Source: the human T2T-CHM13v2.0 reference genome, Homo sapiens
DNA: 64,000 bases
Assembly: GCF_009914755.1 (NCBI RefSeq)
Contig: NC_060926.1
Strand: one strand, 5' to 3'
Shown here: in pieces, positions 1-16,178 of the stretch
How the letters are laid out: each line of letters opens with the position of its first letter
Numbering within the stretch: the stretch's first letter is position 1
Translations under genes and position numbers: made by a program
The notes under the pieces: model-generated
Databases searched by the model: none
What the model saw: the letters and a program-made list of their open reading frames with translations, nothing else
What the model was told of the DNA's origin: nothing

Positions 1-1180
1 AACTCAATAAATATAAATGGATTAGACTCACCAATTAAAAAACAGAGACTATCAGGTAAGATATTTAAAAATCTAGCTAACACTACTTATAAGAAGCACA
101 TAAAGACGTATAAAACTACATAGAAAAGTTTAAATCAAAAGATAGGAAATGGTATACCTTACAAATGCTGACAAAATTAGGATAACAATTAAAGAACAAA
201 TAATATTAGACAAAATAGAATTTAAGATAAATAGCACTAGTAGAGATAAAGGACACTCTATATTAATAAAAATAACAATCCAACCAGAAGAATCATAATT
301 TTGTTCTTAGCAATACTGCCTTGAAATATGCCAAATTTTAAACCATTGAGAAAGATTTCAACACATTCATATTAGAAATTAACATATCAACTATATGAGA
401 CAAAAATTAATAACCAGCAAAAGTAAAATATATATAATATATATGTAGAAAATGTCTCATCACACCAAAATATAGAAGATATATTCTTTTCAAGAAAAAT
501 TAATCATGGCTTAAAACACAAAGAAATTGCCAATACATTTCATGGCATCGATAAAATACAGATCATGTTTGCTAAGCATAATTCAACTACATTGAATAAC
601 AACAATAAAAGATAATGGAGTAGACAACACTTTCTGCTCTCCAGATATGGAGATACTTAAAAATACATTTATTAATAACTCACAAATTAAGGAGGAATTC
701 ATAATGCAAATTACAGAGTATCTAGAAATGAATAGCATGAAAATGCTGTGGACCTCAACACATGAAGGCTCTAGTTAAATTAGTACTTGGGGTTTAGATT
801 ATAGCCTTCATGTATTTATTAAAAACAGCTTTTTTTTTTTTTTAACAAATGAGTTCATTCATTTTAAGTTTAAAAAGAAAAATTACTAAAGCCTAAAAAT
901 GTTACAAGAAGAAAATGACAAATATAAAAGCAGATATTAACAAAATGAAAAAGAAACAATAGAAGATCAGCAAAGATCAATTCCTTAATAAGCCTATAAA
1001 ATAATATTAATCATTAAAACAGGAGAAAAGCGGCACCAACAAGAGACAGGGAATAAAAATGGGGCTATAATGACATGATCAGTTATTTAAAAACCCTAAG
1101 AGGCTGCTATATGCAACCTTATGCCAGAAAATTTAAAAGCTTAGTAAAAACAGAAACATTTCAAGGAGAACACAATTAAA
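1..1180 (+). mobile_element. Ancient L1 (L1M-type) ORF2 endonuclease region, degenerate
   Basis: Opening sequence ATAAATGGATTAGACTCACCAATTAAAAAACAGAGA corresponds to the L1 ORF2 N-terminus (NVNGLNSPIKR-like). A-rich sense strand with many stops and frameshifts. Confidence 0.85.
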
Positions 1181-1675
1181 ACGTAAAGACAATCCACAGT
1201 ATCCTAAAAATAATTTAAATTAAAAATTTTAAAACAAAATAAAATAATAAAATTGAGAAAAAACAAAAAGTGGAGAAGAAGGCTGGCGGTTCCCTGGTGT
1301 CTCATCATCTCATAGAGCAGAGCACTGGGGACAGGCCGATGCTTCTGGATGTGCAGAGGGTTCAGGTTCTAATGAGGAACCTGCCTCTTCTTATAATACC
1401 TTGTATGGAGCAGGAGAAAAACCATCAGGTGGGTATGTATAAACAGAAAAGGTTTGGGTGCCAGGCTCTTACAGGATACAGGCCAGCTGGACAGGAGTTT
1501 TGGGAAGGCACCTGCAGCTTGCTGGTTTCTTATACTACCCCAACAGGAAAGGAACCCCCATCGCCAGGGAGATTGACTTCAAGCACAGACCCTCCCACTG
1601 AGAAGGGAGAGTGTCAGTCATTCTGGTGTTAGGCAACCTACACTTTGGAAGCAATTCTGCTTGTTTCTCTTCAGG

Positions 1676-2327
1676 TTACCAACACTGATTCACAAAGAAA
1701 TAGGAATTCTCATTAAAACCATACACACTGAAAACAATAAATTAACTTGTAGTCAAAAGATTCCTGCTTAAAGAGACACACACACAGTAGGATTGGATGG
1801 GTTTATGGTACCTTTTGCCATCCCTTCAAAAAATAACTATCTTAAATAACTGTTTAAGTGATTAGAAAAGGAAGGAAAGCCTCCAAAACTTGTTTGAAAA
1901 ATCTAGCAAATATCCTTTTCACCAAACTGGACTAGAAGAGTATAAGAAAAGGAGAAGATAGACCAGCCTGTCATTGCATCCATAGATACAATAATCTTAA
2001 ACAAAATGTTCGCAAATCAAACTCAACTTTATATTTTAAAATAATGCATGTTTATTCTGGGAATGTATAATTTTCAAAAACAGAAAAATTGTTATTATAA
2101 TATTCCATATTAAGAGAATAATGAGAAGAAAACAAAGGAAAATCTCAATAGATGTACCTAGGTCAGTCACAAAAGTCAATACCAGTTTATGATCTGAAAA
2201 CTCTCATGAAATTGGGAAAAAGAAGAAACTTGAAAAGCCTACGGCACACACTAATCCTAATGGTTAGCGTCTAGAAGCATTAGCACCAAAGTCAAGAACA
2301 AGGGAAGGATGGCCTCTGTCGTCATGT
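1676..2327 (+). mobile_element. L1 ORF2 continuation (towards RT domain), degenerate
   Basis: GATAGACCAGCCTGTCATTGCATCCATAGATACAATAATCTTAAACAAAATG resembles L1 'YRPISLMNIDAKILNKIL'. ATCTCAATAGATG resembles 'ISIDA'. Confidence 0.8.
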
Positions 2328-3046
2328 TGAAACCCGCCTCTGCAAAATTATGACAGACAGTGAAAGAGATCTAACTTAACTGACTCCATCTTCCTTCTAA
2401 CCTCCAAGCTGTCCTTATTCATTCCTGGGCGTAGGCTAAACTAACTTTGGGAGAAACTGAGTTTATAGTTCATCATGTAAACAAAGACGGTAACAGCCCT
2501 TTCCCAAAGCAGACCTCCTTCTTGCCTGGGGACTAGGCTGCCTTTGTAGCACTAACATTAGCCACAGATTAGAAATTATGGTTTAGGAGTCGTGCAGCTG
2601 GAGGCTACAAGATTCTGACCCTCCCTAAACTGCTCCTAAGATCAGTGCTTGAGATATTTTGCAGACCTTGCACTTGATGGATCAGCTGGCACCGCCCAGA
2701 TCAATAAACTGGCTCATCTGATCTTGTGGCCCCCACCCAGGAAACAACTAAGCACAAGAAGACAGCTCCGACTTCCTATGATTTCTCTGACCAATCAGTA
2801 CTCCTGGTTCACTGGCTTCCTCCGACCCACCAAGTTATCCTTAAAAACTCTGCTCCCCAAATGTTTGGGGAGACTGATTTGAGTAATAATAAAACTCTGG
2901 TCTCCCACACAGCCAGCTCTGCATGAATTACTCTTTCTGTATTGCGATTCCCCTGTCTTGAATACTCTTTCTCTATTGCAATTCCCCTGTCTTGATGAAT
3001 TGCTCTGTCTAGGCAGAGGGCAAGGTGAAGCCCTTGGGCGGTTACA
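2328..3046 (+). mobile_element. Solo ERV1 LTR, LTR8 family
   Basis: TG...CA termini (TGAAACCCGCCTCTGCAAAATTATGAC ... GGCGGTTACA) match LTR8. Perfect 4-bp TSD ATGT at 2324-2327 and 3047-3050. Confidence 0.9.
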
Positions 3047-3485
3047 ATGTTCACCAAAAATGTTCTGTAGTCACTAGCTAAATAAGAAAAGAAAAAGAAA
3101 TAATATGTATACGAATTAGAAGGGAAGAGATTATACCATCTTTATTTGCAGATACATGATCTTTTTGTAATATAAAATACTTAACAGAATGTCCAGACAA
3201 GCCATGAAAACTAATACAAGAGTTTGGCGGCCAAGTGCAGTGGCTCGTGCCTGTAATCCCAGCACTTTGAGAGGCTGGGGCAAGAGGATGTCTTGACCCT
3301 GGGAGGGGGAGGCTGCAGTGAGTCGTGATTGCACACCACTGCATTCCAGCTTGGGTAACAGAGTGAGACACTGTCTCAAAAAAAAAAAAAAAAGAGTTTG
3401 GCAAGGTTGCTGGATACAAAATCAACATTTAAAAAGCAATAGCATTCCTCTATCAGTAAATAAAAGTAGAACATGCAATAGGAAA
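3047..3485 (+). mobile_element. L1 ORF2 RT fragment, interrupted by an Alu monomer
   Basis: TCTTTATTTGCAGATACATGATC is a degenerate 'LFADDMI' motif. GCAAGGTTGCTGGATACAAAATCAACAT resembles 'SKVAGYKIN'. Confidence 0.85.
3229..3391 (+). mobile_element. Monomeric Alu (FRAM/FAM-like or left/right-arm recombinant)
   Basis: ~160-bp single Alu arm with poly(A). TSD AAGAGTTTGGC at 3218-3228 and 3392-3402. Confidence 0.9.
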
Positions 3486-3489
3486 CCTC

Positions 3490-4220
3490 TGGACTTCTGG
3501 TCATGGGGAGGAAGTGGTCCAGGATCACCCTCCTGCAGTAGACAACTAGAGAACCGAACACACAAAAAGCACAGCTGTCAGACAATGAACAACACACAGC
3601 ACAGGAGAAAGGGCAGGAAGTGAGACGGGCCCTATCCTGGCCTAGGCTTTCTGCCTGGAGAAGTCCCTGGACTGTGGCTTATGGAGGGGACCCACACAGA
3701 ATCTAACATTCCTGCTGCATTGAAGATACATACAACTGGAGTTCAGAGACTATGAAGACACTAGAATCTGTGGGCCAGAGAACCTGAGAGAAAGAAGCTA
3801 TGTACTCTTAAAAGAACTCAGAAATCTGCATGGGGTCCCCTGAGTCTTTGGTTGAAAATCAAACTGCACATACATAGAGTGAAACTCCCAAGACTGGACA
3901 GGAACAATTTCTGAATAAAGAATAATTTACAAGGAGTGATGAGAAAATTCTATGAGCTTATGGGGTGCCTGAGACCTTTCAAGTTTTCTCTAGCCAGAGT
4001 GGAGAGACTGTTGAACTCACAGGGCTTTCAACAGAGATCCTGGCTAGGCTGTGTCTTTTAAAATGGAGCTTAATTAGCCCTGCAAAGAAGGTGTCTTTAG
4101 ACTCTTCCCAATGCAGCTTAGAAACAAGCCATGGATGGATCATTCATCCACTAAAAAACTGATGGCCACAAATTGTCCAATCTTCTGCTAAGGAATACAA
4201 GAAAATCCAGCACTCAATAG
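3490..4220 (+). mobile_element. Probable old L1M 5'-end (5' UTR-like) fragment
   Basis: Resembles recalled L1M 5'-end sequence (e.g. GAGTCTTTGGTTGAAAATCAAACTGCACATACATAGAGTGAAACTCC). Not verified. Confidence 0.5.
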
Positions 4221-4224
4221 CATC

Positions 4225-6520
<2,296 letters not shown>

Positions 6521-6539
6521 TAGACCAAAAAAAAGGAAT

Positions 6540-7520
6540 GATATAATTTATTAAAAAGACACCAAAAATTCCACTAAAGGAACATCAAAAGATAGATACA
6601 TTTGATTACATTTAAATGAAAACTTCTGCACAAAGCAAATAAAGTGAAAAGATAAGCCAGGCTCAGAAAAGATATTTGCAAAAAATAAAATCAAGTAAAA
6701 AGTTTCAATAAATCAACAAGAAGAGAAAAACAACATAATAGAAAAAGTGCAGGCTGGGCACAGTGGCTCACGCCTGTAATCCCAGCACTTTGGGAGGCTG
6801 AGGCGGGTGGATCACCTGAGGTCAGGAGTTTGAGACCAGCCTAGGCAACATGGTGAAACCCTAGCTCTACCAAAAATACAAAAATTAGCTGGGTGTGGTG
6901 ACGAGTGCCTGTAATCCCAGCTACTCAGGGGGCTGAGGTAGGAGAGTTGCTTGAATGTGGGATGCGGAGGTTGCAGTGAGCCAAGATTGCATCACTGCAC
7001 TCCAGACTGGGCGACAGAGCGAGACTCCGTCTCAAAAAAAAAAAAAAAAAAAAAAAAATAGCAAAGAACATGAATAGGCAGTTCCCAGAAGAAAAAACTT
7101 AAATGAAAAAAACTTGTATTGGCAAAAATTAACTAGATTGATATGATAATGCATGTGTGCAAATCTAGAGCAACACAAACCACAAACTATACTTTAAAAG
7201 ATGAGATAGCGCTATCAAGGAAAATGAACAATACTAACTCACCGGGCCCTAAAATTCAATTTCTGGAACTGCAGCCTAGAGGACTTTTCACATGTGTGGA
7301 TGGATAAGGACAAGAAGATCACCAAAGCCATGCTTGTGATGGCAAATAAGACCTACCTCCATCAATCAGAAAACGTATATGTAGTTGTCATATAGTCATA
7401 TAATGTACTTACTATACAGTAGCAAAATCAAAATGAATGAGACTGAGCTACACCTATCATCATGAAGAAATATAATTTGATCAGAAAAAGCAAATTGCAG
7501 AAGGATATGCAATATCCAGT
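6540..7520 (+). mobile_element. L1 ORF2 3' part / 3' end fragments, interrupted by an Alu
   Basis: GATACATTTGATTACATTTAAATGAAAACTTCTGC and GCAAAGAACATGAATAGGCAGTTC are typical of the L1 ORF2 C-terminal region. Confidence 0.75.
6752..7058 (+). mobile_element. AluS, full length
   Basis: Dimeric Alu with poly(A) tail. Confidence 0.95.
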
Positions 7521-7574
7521 AGAGATGAAGACGACGATAGTGGCAGTAGGGCATTGGTTATATCTCTGTTCGCT

Positions 7575-7710
7575 CATGAATTTTTTGCAACAATCCTGTG
7601 AGATAAGCACTTTAATTATTTCCGTTTTAGAGATGAGGAAATTGAAGCATGTTGAGGTTAGATAATGGGTCGGAGAGTTACGGAGCTAGGAAATGACATA
7701 GCCAACACAT
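7575..7710 (-). mobile_element. MIR fragment
   Basis: TTTTAGAGATGAGGAAATTGAAGCA is the reverse complement of the MIR core. Confidence 0.75.
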
Positions 7711-7739
7711 CCTGTGAGTGTGAGTTTATGATACTCACA

Positions 7740-8750
<1,011 letters not shown>

Positions 8751-9467
8751 TACTGGCCGAAAGCCTGACCTCCCACTTTCTGCCTCAGCACCTTGGAAAA
8801 TTGCTGCTAATCACAGGAAAAAGCAAGACGCAGGAGTGAGCAATAATGCAAGCCTGGTGTGCCCTGGGGACTGTGCTATTCACACCTCGTAGACTTCCAG
8901 ATGTAAAGAGCAATCTTAACAATCATGAACATCATGAGATTTATTGAGAGTTTACTATGTCCCAAACACCTTGCTGGGTGCCTTCTAATAAAGGATGCAA
9001 TACACACAGAGCACTTAGCCTGTCTGGCCCGTAGGAAGTGCACTATGTCATCTCACTCTCATCTTCACTGCTGCCGTCATTTTAGAGGCTGCATCTTATT
9101 AGGCAAGGCCAGCAGAGTTCTCCTCCACCTCCAGGCAAATGAGTGGACCACATGTGCATCCTGTCTTCCATCAAGGGGCTTGAAAAAGCCTTCTTCACTC
9201 CAGGAAGAGTCAGCAGGGACCATATGGAACCTCACAGAAAGTTCTCCCCATAGGAGAAGGCTTTTCTGCTAAGCCTTAGCTAAAGACTAGAGGCCAATGG
9301 GCAGAACACTGGCCAGGAAACCTTTTGCATTTGCCCTCCCCACCCCTGGATTGGCCTAACATTGAAAAGTCACAGCATTTCACCTGGAAACTGGAATTTT
9401 CCACTTCTGTGGACAAGTCAGACAAGGAGCTCTGACCGTCCTTCCAGCCAGCCAGTGGTTCCACTCA

Positions 9468-10259
<792 letters not shown>

Positions 10260-10429
10260 ACCCCAGCTCCCTGCCCTCAAAGAAGAGGTCTCGATATAAC
10301 AGACATACTCCACGAAACAGAGGGATTGTTTTCAGAAAACCCCCACTCAGTATTCTCTGTGTGACTCAAGAAGACGCAGCTCTTGTTTAATTCTCCAGGG
10401 TAAGATAAGGATAGCTCAGTCCTAGGAAC

Positions 10430-10930
10430 AAGTTCATAGATAAAAAGAACAGAGACAGATATTAAATCCACACCAGAAGGGAAAAATCAGGCTCATTGTT
10501 GAAGGAAATCAACTCAGTAAAGCTGAAGATGAACTTGAGTGACCTTATACGATCACAGAGGAAATGAATAAAAAGATTAAAAGATAAGAAAAATAAGATA
10601 ATAGAAGCAGAGGACTCACCAAGGAGATCCAATCCATGAATAAAAGCTGCTCCTGACAAAGCACGCCCTGGAAATTAGAATGAAGCAACAATAAAAGGTA
10701 TTAGAGAAAACTTTTCTGACCTGGAAATAGACTTGCCCGCCAGGGCAGGGGCCCGCAGTCCCCAGGCTCCATTAATGAAGAGAAATGGGCATGAAGACAA
10801 GGCTGGCAATTTTTTATAATTTCAAAATTAACAAAAGGATGCCTTTGAATTTACCCTTGAGGAAATGAATGTCAGGTAGGTTGGACTAAAATTTCTCCCC
10901 TGCCATATTAAACACCAGGAGATAACAGAA
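10430..10930 (+). mobile_element. Ancient L1 ORF1 / HAL1-like remnant
   Basis: AAGGAGATCCAATCCATGAATAAAAGCTGCTCCTGA resembles ORF1 'RRSNIRIIGVPE'. AGAGAAAACTTTTCTGACCTG resembles 'EENFPEL'. Confidence 0.6.
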
Positions 10931-11389
10931 AAGCACTGGTAGAGCTGAAGCTAAAAGTGCCTGGGCCGGGAGTCACAGGCCCTGAGTAGACACAGCATGG
11001 GGCTCATTGTTCAGCTTCTCCGGGGTAGGCAGAGAGGCCGTTTCATTAGCGTGCCACTAAATTTGGCAACTTACACAGGAAACACCTCCTGATGACATGT
11101 ACCCTGGATGCAGTTCCAAGAGGGAGCCTAGGAAGTCCGGACTGAGGATGACGGATGGCCTGACCTCCCCTTTGACTGATGCTGGGATCTGATGGCACCT
11201 ATCCACAAGGTCAGCACAGTCCTTGGGACTGGTAATGAAAGTTGCAAAACTTATGTCACAGGGAGCACAAAGCTAGTTTCCACTGACATCACTGGGTAAG
11301 CATGCTGATGTGCCATAATGAACAGGACACTTGGTGGGTAGAGTTTCATCTGGGCACACCACACAGGCACCAGGGAGTGCCAACTACTA

Positions 11390-11759
11390 TGATATGGTTT
11401 GGCTGAGTCTGTACCGAAAGCTCATCTTGAACTGTAGTTCCCATAATCCCCGTGTGTCATGGGAAGAACCCAGTGGGAGGTAATTGAATCAGCATGGTTA
11501 CCTCCATGTTGTTCTCAGGATAGTGAGTGTATTCTCACGAGATCTGATGGTTTTATAAGGGGCTTTCCCCCCTTTTCTCTGCACTTCTGCTTGCTGCCAC
11601 CATGTAAAGAAGGAACGTGTTTGCTTCCCCTTTGCCATGATTGTAAGTTTCCTGAGGCCTCCCCAGCCATTCTGAACTGAGTCCATTAAATTTCTTTCCT
11701 TTATAAATCACCCAGTCTTGGATATGTCTTTATTAGCAGCATGAGAATGGACTAACACA
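11390..11759 (+). mobile_element. Solo MaLR LTR, THE1D-like
   Basis: TGATATGGTTTGGCTG ... GGACTAACACA, ~370 bp, with the THE1 internal signature GAGATCTGATGGTTTTATAAGGGG. Confidence 0.9.
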
Positions 11760-13699
11760 CCCTGCAAATTCTGAAGGAGCAGGCTAGATGGAGAGCAACA
11801 TCACCAACTCCCAGCCCCTGCAGACTTCATGCTCTGTGGCTTCCTGAGTCTCCTCCAGGGTGTGAGCACTCACTTCCATCCTGGGGCCCCCGTATCCTTG
11901 GGCCTGTCCTCTAGAGGAGCCAGAAGACTGTAGCTCACTTGCTGGGTTTCCCTCTGTGTGTTCCACAACATGGATGTTCTTACCTTCCACCTGATCCTCT
12001 TAGACTCAAGGAACAGGTCATTTGCTTGGCTTGTGACTGGAGGGCACTAAGGCTCTTTGGGCTTGTCCATGAGGCAAAATTTCAACGATCAGCCCCTGAG
12101 TTTGGGCCATCACCAATGTCTCCACCAGCTGAGCATGAGCCTGTGGGGTCCACCCTGGCCTTATGCTCTATGTTGCCTGATTGCAACGTCAATGTCTTCA
12201 AAATTCCCTCTCATGGGAGCACCACCTGCCTGTCTTGCTGTTTATATGTGACTGTGTTTCAAACTCCATCCTGTGTTGATATTTTTCTAATTTAAAATGT
12301 TTCACTTTGAAGGTTTATTTTGGAGGTAGAAAAAGCAATTGTGCACTGAATATAATTAAGCAATGGCATATTGATTTACCCACCACTATAAATATGCTTC
12401 AATTCTCACTTACCATGTTAGCTCCTAATGAGTTTATCCTTAAATAGGTATTTATTGACATCTTGATAGCAACTATATCAAGGTGCCCAGAGACCCATCC
12501 AAATATGTGCCAAACTGAGCTTAAGTTATTCATAATGCAGCTATCACCTGGGTGCTGTGTTGCTTGCTATCTTTATGAAACAAATAGGAAAAGGATTGGA
12601 ATTCAAGGAAAGAACCAGGTTCTGTTTTCCATATATCATAAATGAAACAGTACTTCTAACAAAACCAGGTCTATTCTGACAGTTAACACTCATGTCCCAC
12701 AAGCTGTGTGTCATTTAATAAATAAACTGCTGTTCTTTGTAATGAAGCCAAAATAATGGTGAGAAGCACAGTTATAGCCCCAGAAATAAGGCAAGGAAAT
12801 GTTAATTACAAAGCAGTTTACATGGTAACAGCTTGATAAATGATGCTGAGAAAAATTACCTTCTTGCTCATTCTCCTTTGTCTCTGCTAAAGAAGAGAGA
12901 CTTAGAGATTTGAAATGGAAACCTGACGTCTCATTTTTGGTGTCAGGTTGCCCTTTATAAGTTTCTCCTTATAGACCATCGTGTTGGTGGTGGGAACAAC
13001 ACAGTAGCTGGAGACAAGAAAAGAGGACACCTAGAGGAAGAGCTATTCCGAGTCCCTTCCCGCCTGCTTCTTCCCCATGCCACCCTCTCCCAGGGATGGC
13101 AAGGTCAGGACTCCTCCATTCCTGGGGTGCTTTAATACTTAGAGGACTGAGTCAATAAGGGGCGTGGCAGTCCTACATGGACAAAGTGTGGCATGTCAGC
13201 TCTAGGACTGGGGCGTGGTCACTGGGGTGTCCCAAGGTTATCATTCCCTGTGCTGAAGCTTCCATGGAACAAGGAGGCTCTCAAGAATGCTCTGCTCTTC
13301 TTACTGGAAGCTCTGAGGGGGTGTCGGCTGCCATTTGCCCTCCTTTGGAGTTTGTATTTCCAGATGTCTGAGCTACTTGCTGCATGGCAGCCCACATCCA
13401 CGTTTCTCCTCTGAGGCCACAGGTTTTAGATGAGACAATTCTGTCTGTCCCAGACTCCAGGACTGGAAGGTGGTACCTAGAGGAAGCCAGTCAGCACTTT
13501 CCAACCCTGGCATCAGTGATTGGCTCAGAGGTGGACATGTGACAAGAACAGGCTCATCAGGACCAATGAGATTCAATTCCTGAGCCTGTTTTATTAACTG
13601 GGCAGAAGACTGCCTCTCCAATGGATATATGGCCTGAGGTTTGAGCAGCCATCTTTCAATATCTTTTTAAAATTCCTAATATTGATAACTTCTACTTCT

Positions 13700-14145
13700 G
13701 TTTTGTTCTAATCAGTATGGCAAATGTACTGACTATTTCAAAGAACAAGCTTTTGGTTTCATTGATTTTCTCTATCATATTTCTTTTCTCCATTTCATTG
13801 ATTTCTGCTGTTCATGCTATGATTTCTTTTTTTCTGCTCGCTTTGGGTTTAATTGGCTCTTACTTCTCTAGTTTCTTAAAGTGTAAGCTTAAATCATTCA
13901 TAAGAGAACTTTCTTCTTTCCTAATATGGGCATTTAATGCTATAGATTTCCCCTCTAAGCACGATTTTAGCTGTATTGTACAAATGTTGATATGGATTTC
14001 ATTTTCATTCATTTCAAAGTATTCTCTAATTTTTCTCAGGACTGCCTCTTTGATCCATGGATTATTTAGAAGTGTATTATTTAATTTCCATGGCTTAGTT
14101 GGTTTTCCAGTTATAGGTCTATTTTTGATTTCTAGTTTGCTTCTG
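13700..14145 (-). mobile_element. L1 ORF2 fragment, antisense
   Basis: TTTCAAAGAACAAGCTTTTGGTTTCATTGATTTTCTC and GGATTATTTAGAAGTGTATTATTTAATTTCCA match antisense L1M ORF2. Confidence 0.85.
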
Positions 14146-14519
14146 CTAAGCTCTGTGACTCATACAGGGGAGAAGGTCCCAGGTGTGCCTTATGCCCTTA
14201 TCTCTGAGGCCACTGTTCCTTTCCACCAGGTGCACCATGAGGGTGGTTTTCTCCATCTCTGGGTCTCTTCTGATCTTTCTGGTGAGCATGCAGTGAGGCG
14301 TGTGGAGAAGAGCCTGCTAGTGGGTGTGAATTCCTCTTGTGTCTGCCATGCTTAGGGCTTCTCTGCACCCACTCTGGCCATCCCTTTGCCTTTAGCACTT
14401 TGTCAAACACTTTAGCTTAATCCTTTTTACTTGGCTTGTTTGGCGTCCGTTTGCTTCTGCCCGAGGTAAGCAAGGATTTACATCCTGTCTCAGGAGCTCT
14501 TTTCCTTTGATTTTGTTTT

Positions 14520-15130
14520 GTTTTTTAACTGAGGTAAAATTCACATAACATAAAATTAACCATTTTAAAGTGTACAAGCCGGGCGCGGTGGCTCACGCCT
14601 GTAATCCCAGCACTTTGGGAGGCTGATGTGGGGGATCACCTGAGGTTAGGAGTTCGAGACCAGCCTAGCCAACATGATGTAGAAACCCCATCTCTACTAA
14701 AAATACAAAAATTCTCCCAGTGTGGGGACTGGTGCCTGTAATCCCAGCTGCTCAGGAGGCAGAGGTAGGAGAATTGCTTGAACCTGAGAGGTGGAGGGTG
14801 CAGTGAGCCGAGATTGTGCTATTGCACTCCAGCCTGGGCAATAGCAAGACTCCATCTCAGAAAAGAAGAAAAGAAAAGAAAAGAAATAAAGTGTGCAATT
14901 CAGTGGCATCTAGTACCTTCACAGTGAGTGCAGCCATGACCTCTATCTAGTTGCAAACATTTTCATCATCCCCCAAGGAGACCCTGTACTCAGCAAGCAG
15001 GCACTCTCCACTCCCCTTTACCCAGCCTCTGGCAAACAGTAATCTGCTTTCTGTTCCTAGGGATTTCTCGATTCTGAGTATTTCATATAAATAGAATTAT
15101 GGAATATGTGACCTTAGTGTCTGGATTATT
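14520..15130 (-). mobile_element. L1MB-type 3' end, antisense, interrupted by an Alu
   Basis: GAGGTAAAATTCACATAACATAAAATTAACCATTTTAAAGTGTACA...ATTCAGTGGCAT...CATTTTCATCATCCCC matches recalled L1MB 3' UTR. Confidence 0.85.
14578..14886 (+). mobile_element. AluS, full length
   Basis: Dimeric Alu with (AAAAG)n tail. TSD TAAAGTGT(A/G)CAA. Confidence 0.95.
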
Positions 15131-15937
15131 CCTCAGAGTTTGGGTTAGTTTGGTGGTTCTGCAACCTCAGCTTTCTGATAGGGTTGAAAAAAGTGGTGCT
15201 TCTTGCAGATGACCTGGCATGTTGTTACTGCTGTTGTTAGAATGCCCTTTCCATCTTTCTGCATCCTAAGCAGAAGCTGGAAGCCCAACAAATTCCCTCT
15301 TGCAATTTTCCCCAGATCCACATCTTCTTCCTGAGTTGCCAGATTTGCTATTGTTATGTAAAGCAATTTCTTAATTAAGTCTTCAGCTCTTTGGTGTTTT
15401 GTTGTTGTGAGGGAGAAGTTATATGCTCTTATATAGAGGATATTTCTCTATTTTTGCAAAATCACAGTCAAAGAAGTGTCTGATAGGTTGTCCTACATAC
15501 CTGAAGGTGTATAAAGATCAATGTAATGGATTCCACATAGATTTTAGTGTCCAAATATGTTTCTTTTCAGAAACCATGTTGGCTTTGCCTTATCACATAA
15601 TGAGAAATGTAAAACTCATCATATTTTTCTATTTCCTTGGTTGTCAAGATGCTAAATTAACTTTCAATTGGATTAACTGATTGTATATTTCTGGAATATT
15701 TATATCTCTTTACCTTCTAAAAAATTTCTGATTTTTAATTTTTATTTTTTGAAAACATAGTTATGAAACAAAATGTGTGTAGTATGATATCAAATATTTG
15801 CATTTAAATATCTATATAGGTAAATTACAAAAAAAATTTTAATGAAATTATATAAAGTTGTCATGGACCTAATTCTGTATCAATACATGAAAAACTAACT
15901 CTTTTGTAAATTTCCTCAAGAAATCTGTGATAGATTA

Positions 15938-15957
15938 CTCTCTCTCTCTCTCTCTCT

Positions 15958-16000
<43 letters not shown>

Positions 16001-16006
16001 CACACA
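15938..16006. repeat. Compound microsatellite (CT)n(TA)n(CA)n
   Basis: Directly visible. Confidence 0.95.
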
Positions 16007-16178
16007 GTAAAATAGATATGCATGTCCAATACATGCACAGGAGGGCAATTAAAATATCAACTATTTATAAAAACAATCTGTAAGGAAGTATGAAAATGAT
16101 AGGGAGGAATGCTAAAGGGTTATTTCCTTTATTATTGTTTAAACTTCTGTATTGTTTGAACTAGCAATCACAGATTAC

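Noticed and set aside
1270-1632. 120-aa ORF in the unidentified insert
   Set aside because: GTG start, no recognisable homology, and no supporting exon context.
13717-14355. 212-aa hydrophobic ORF resembling a membrane protein
   Set aside because: It is the T-rich antisense strand of an L1 ORF2 fragment, which routinely translates as Phe/Leu/Ile/Ser-rich sequence.
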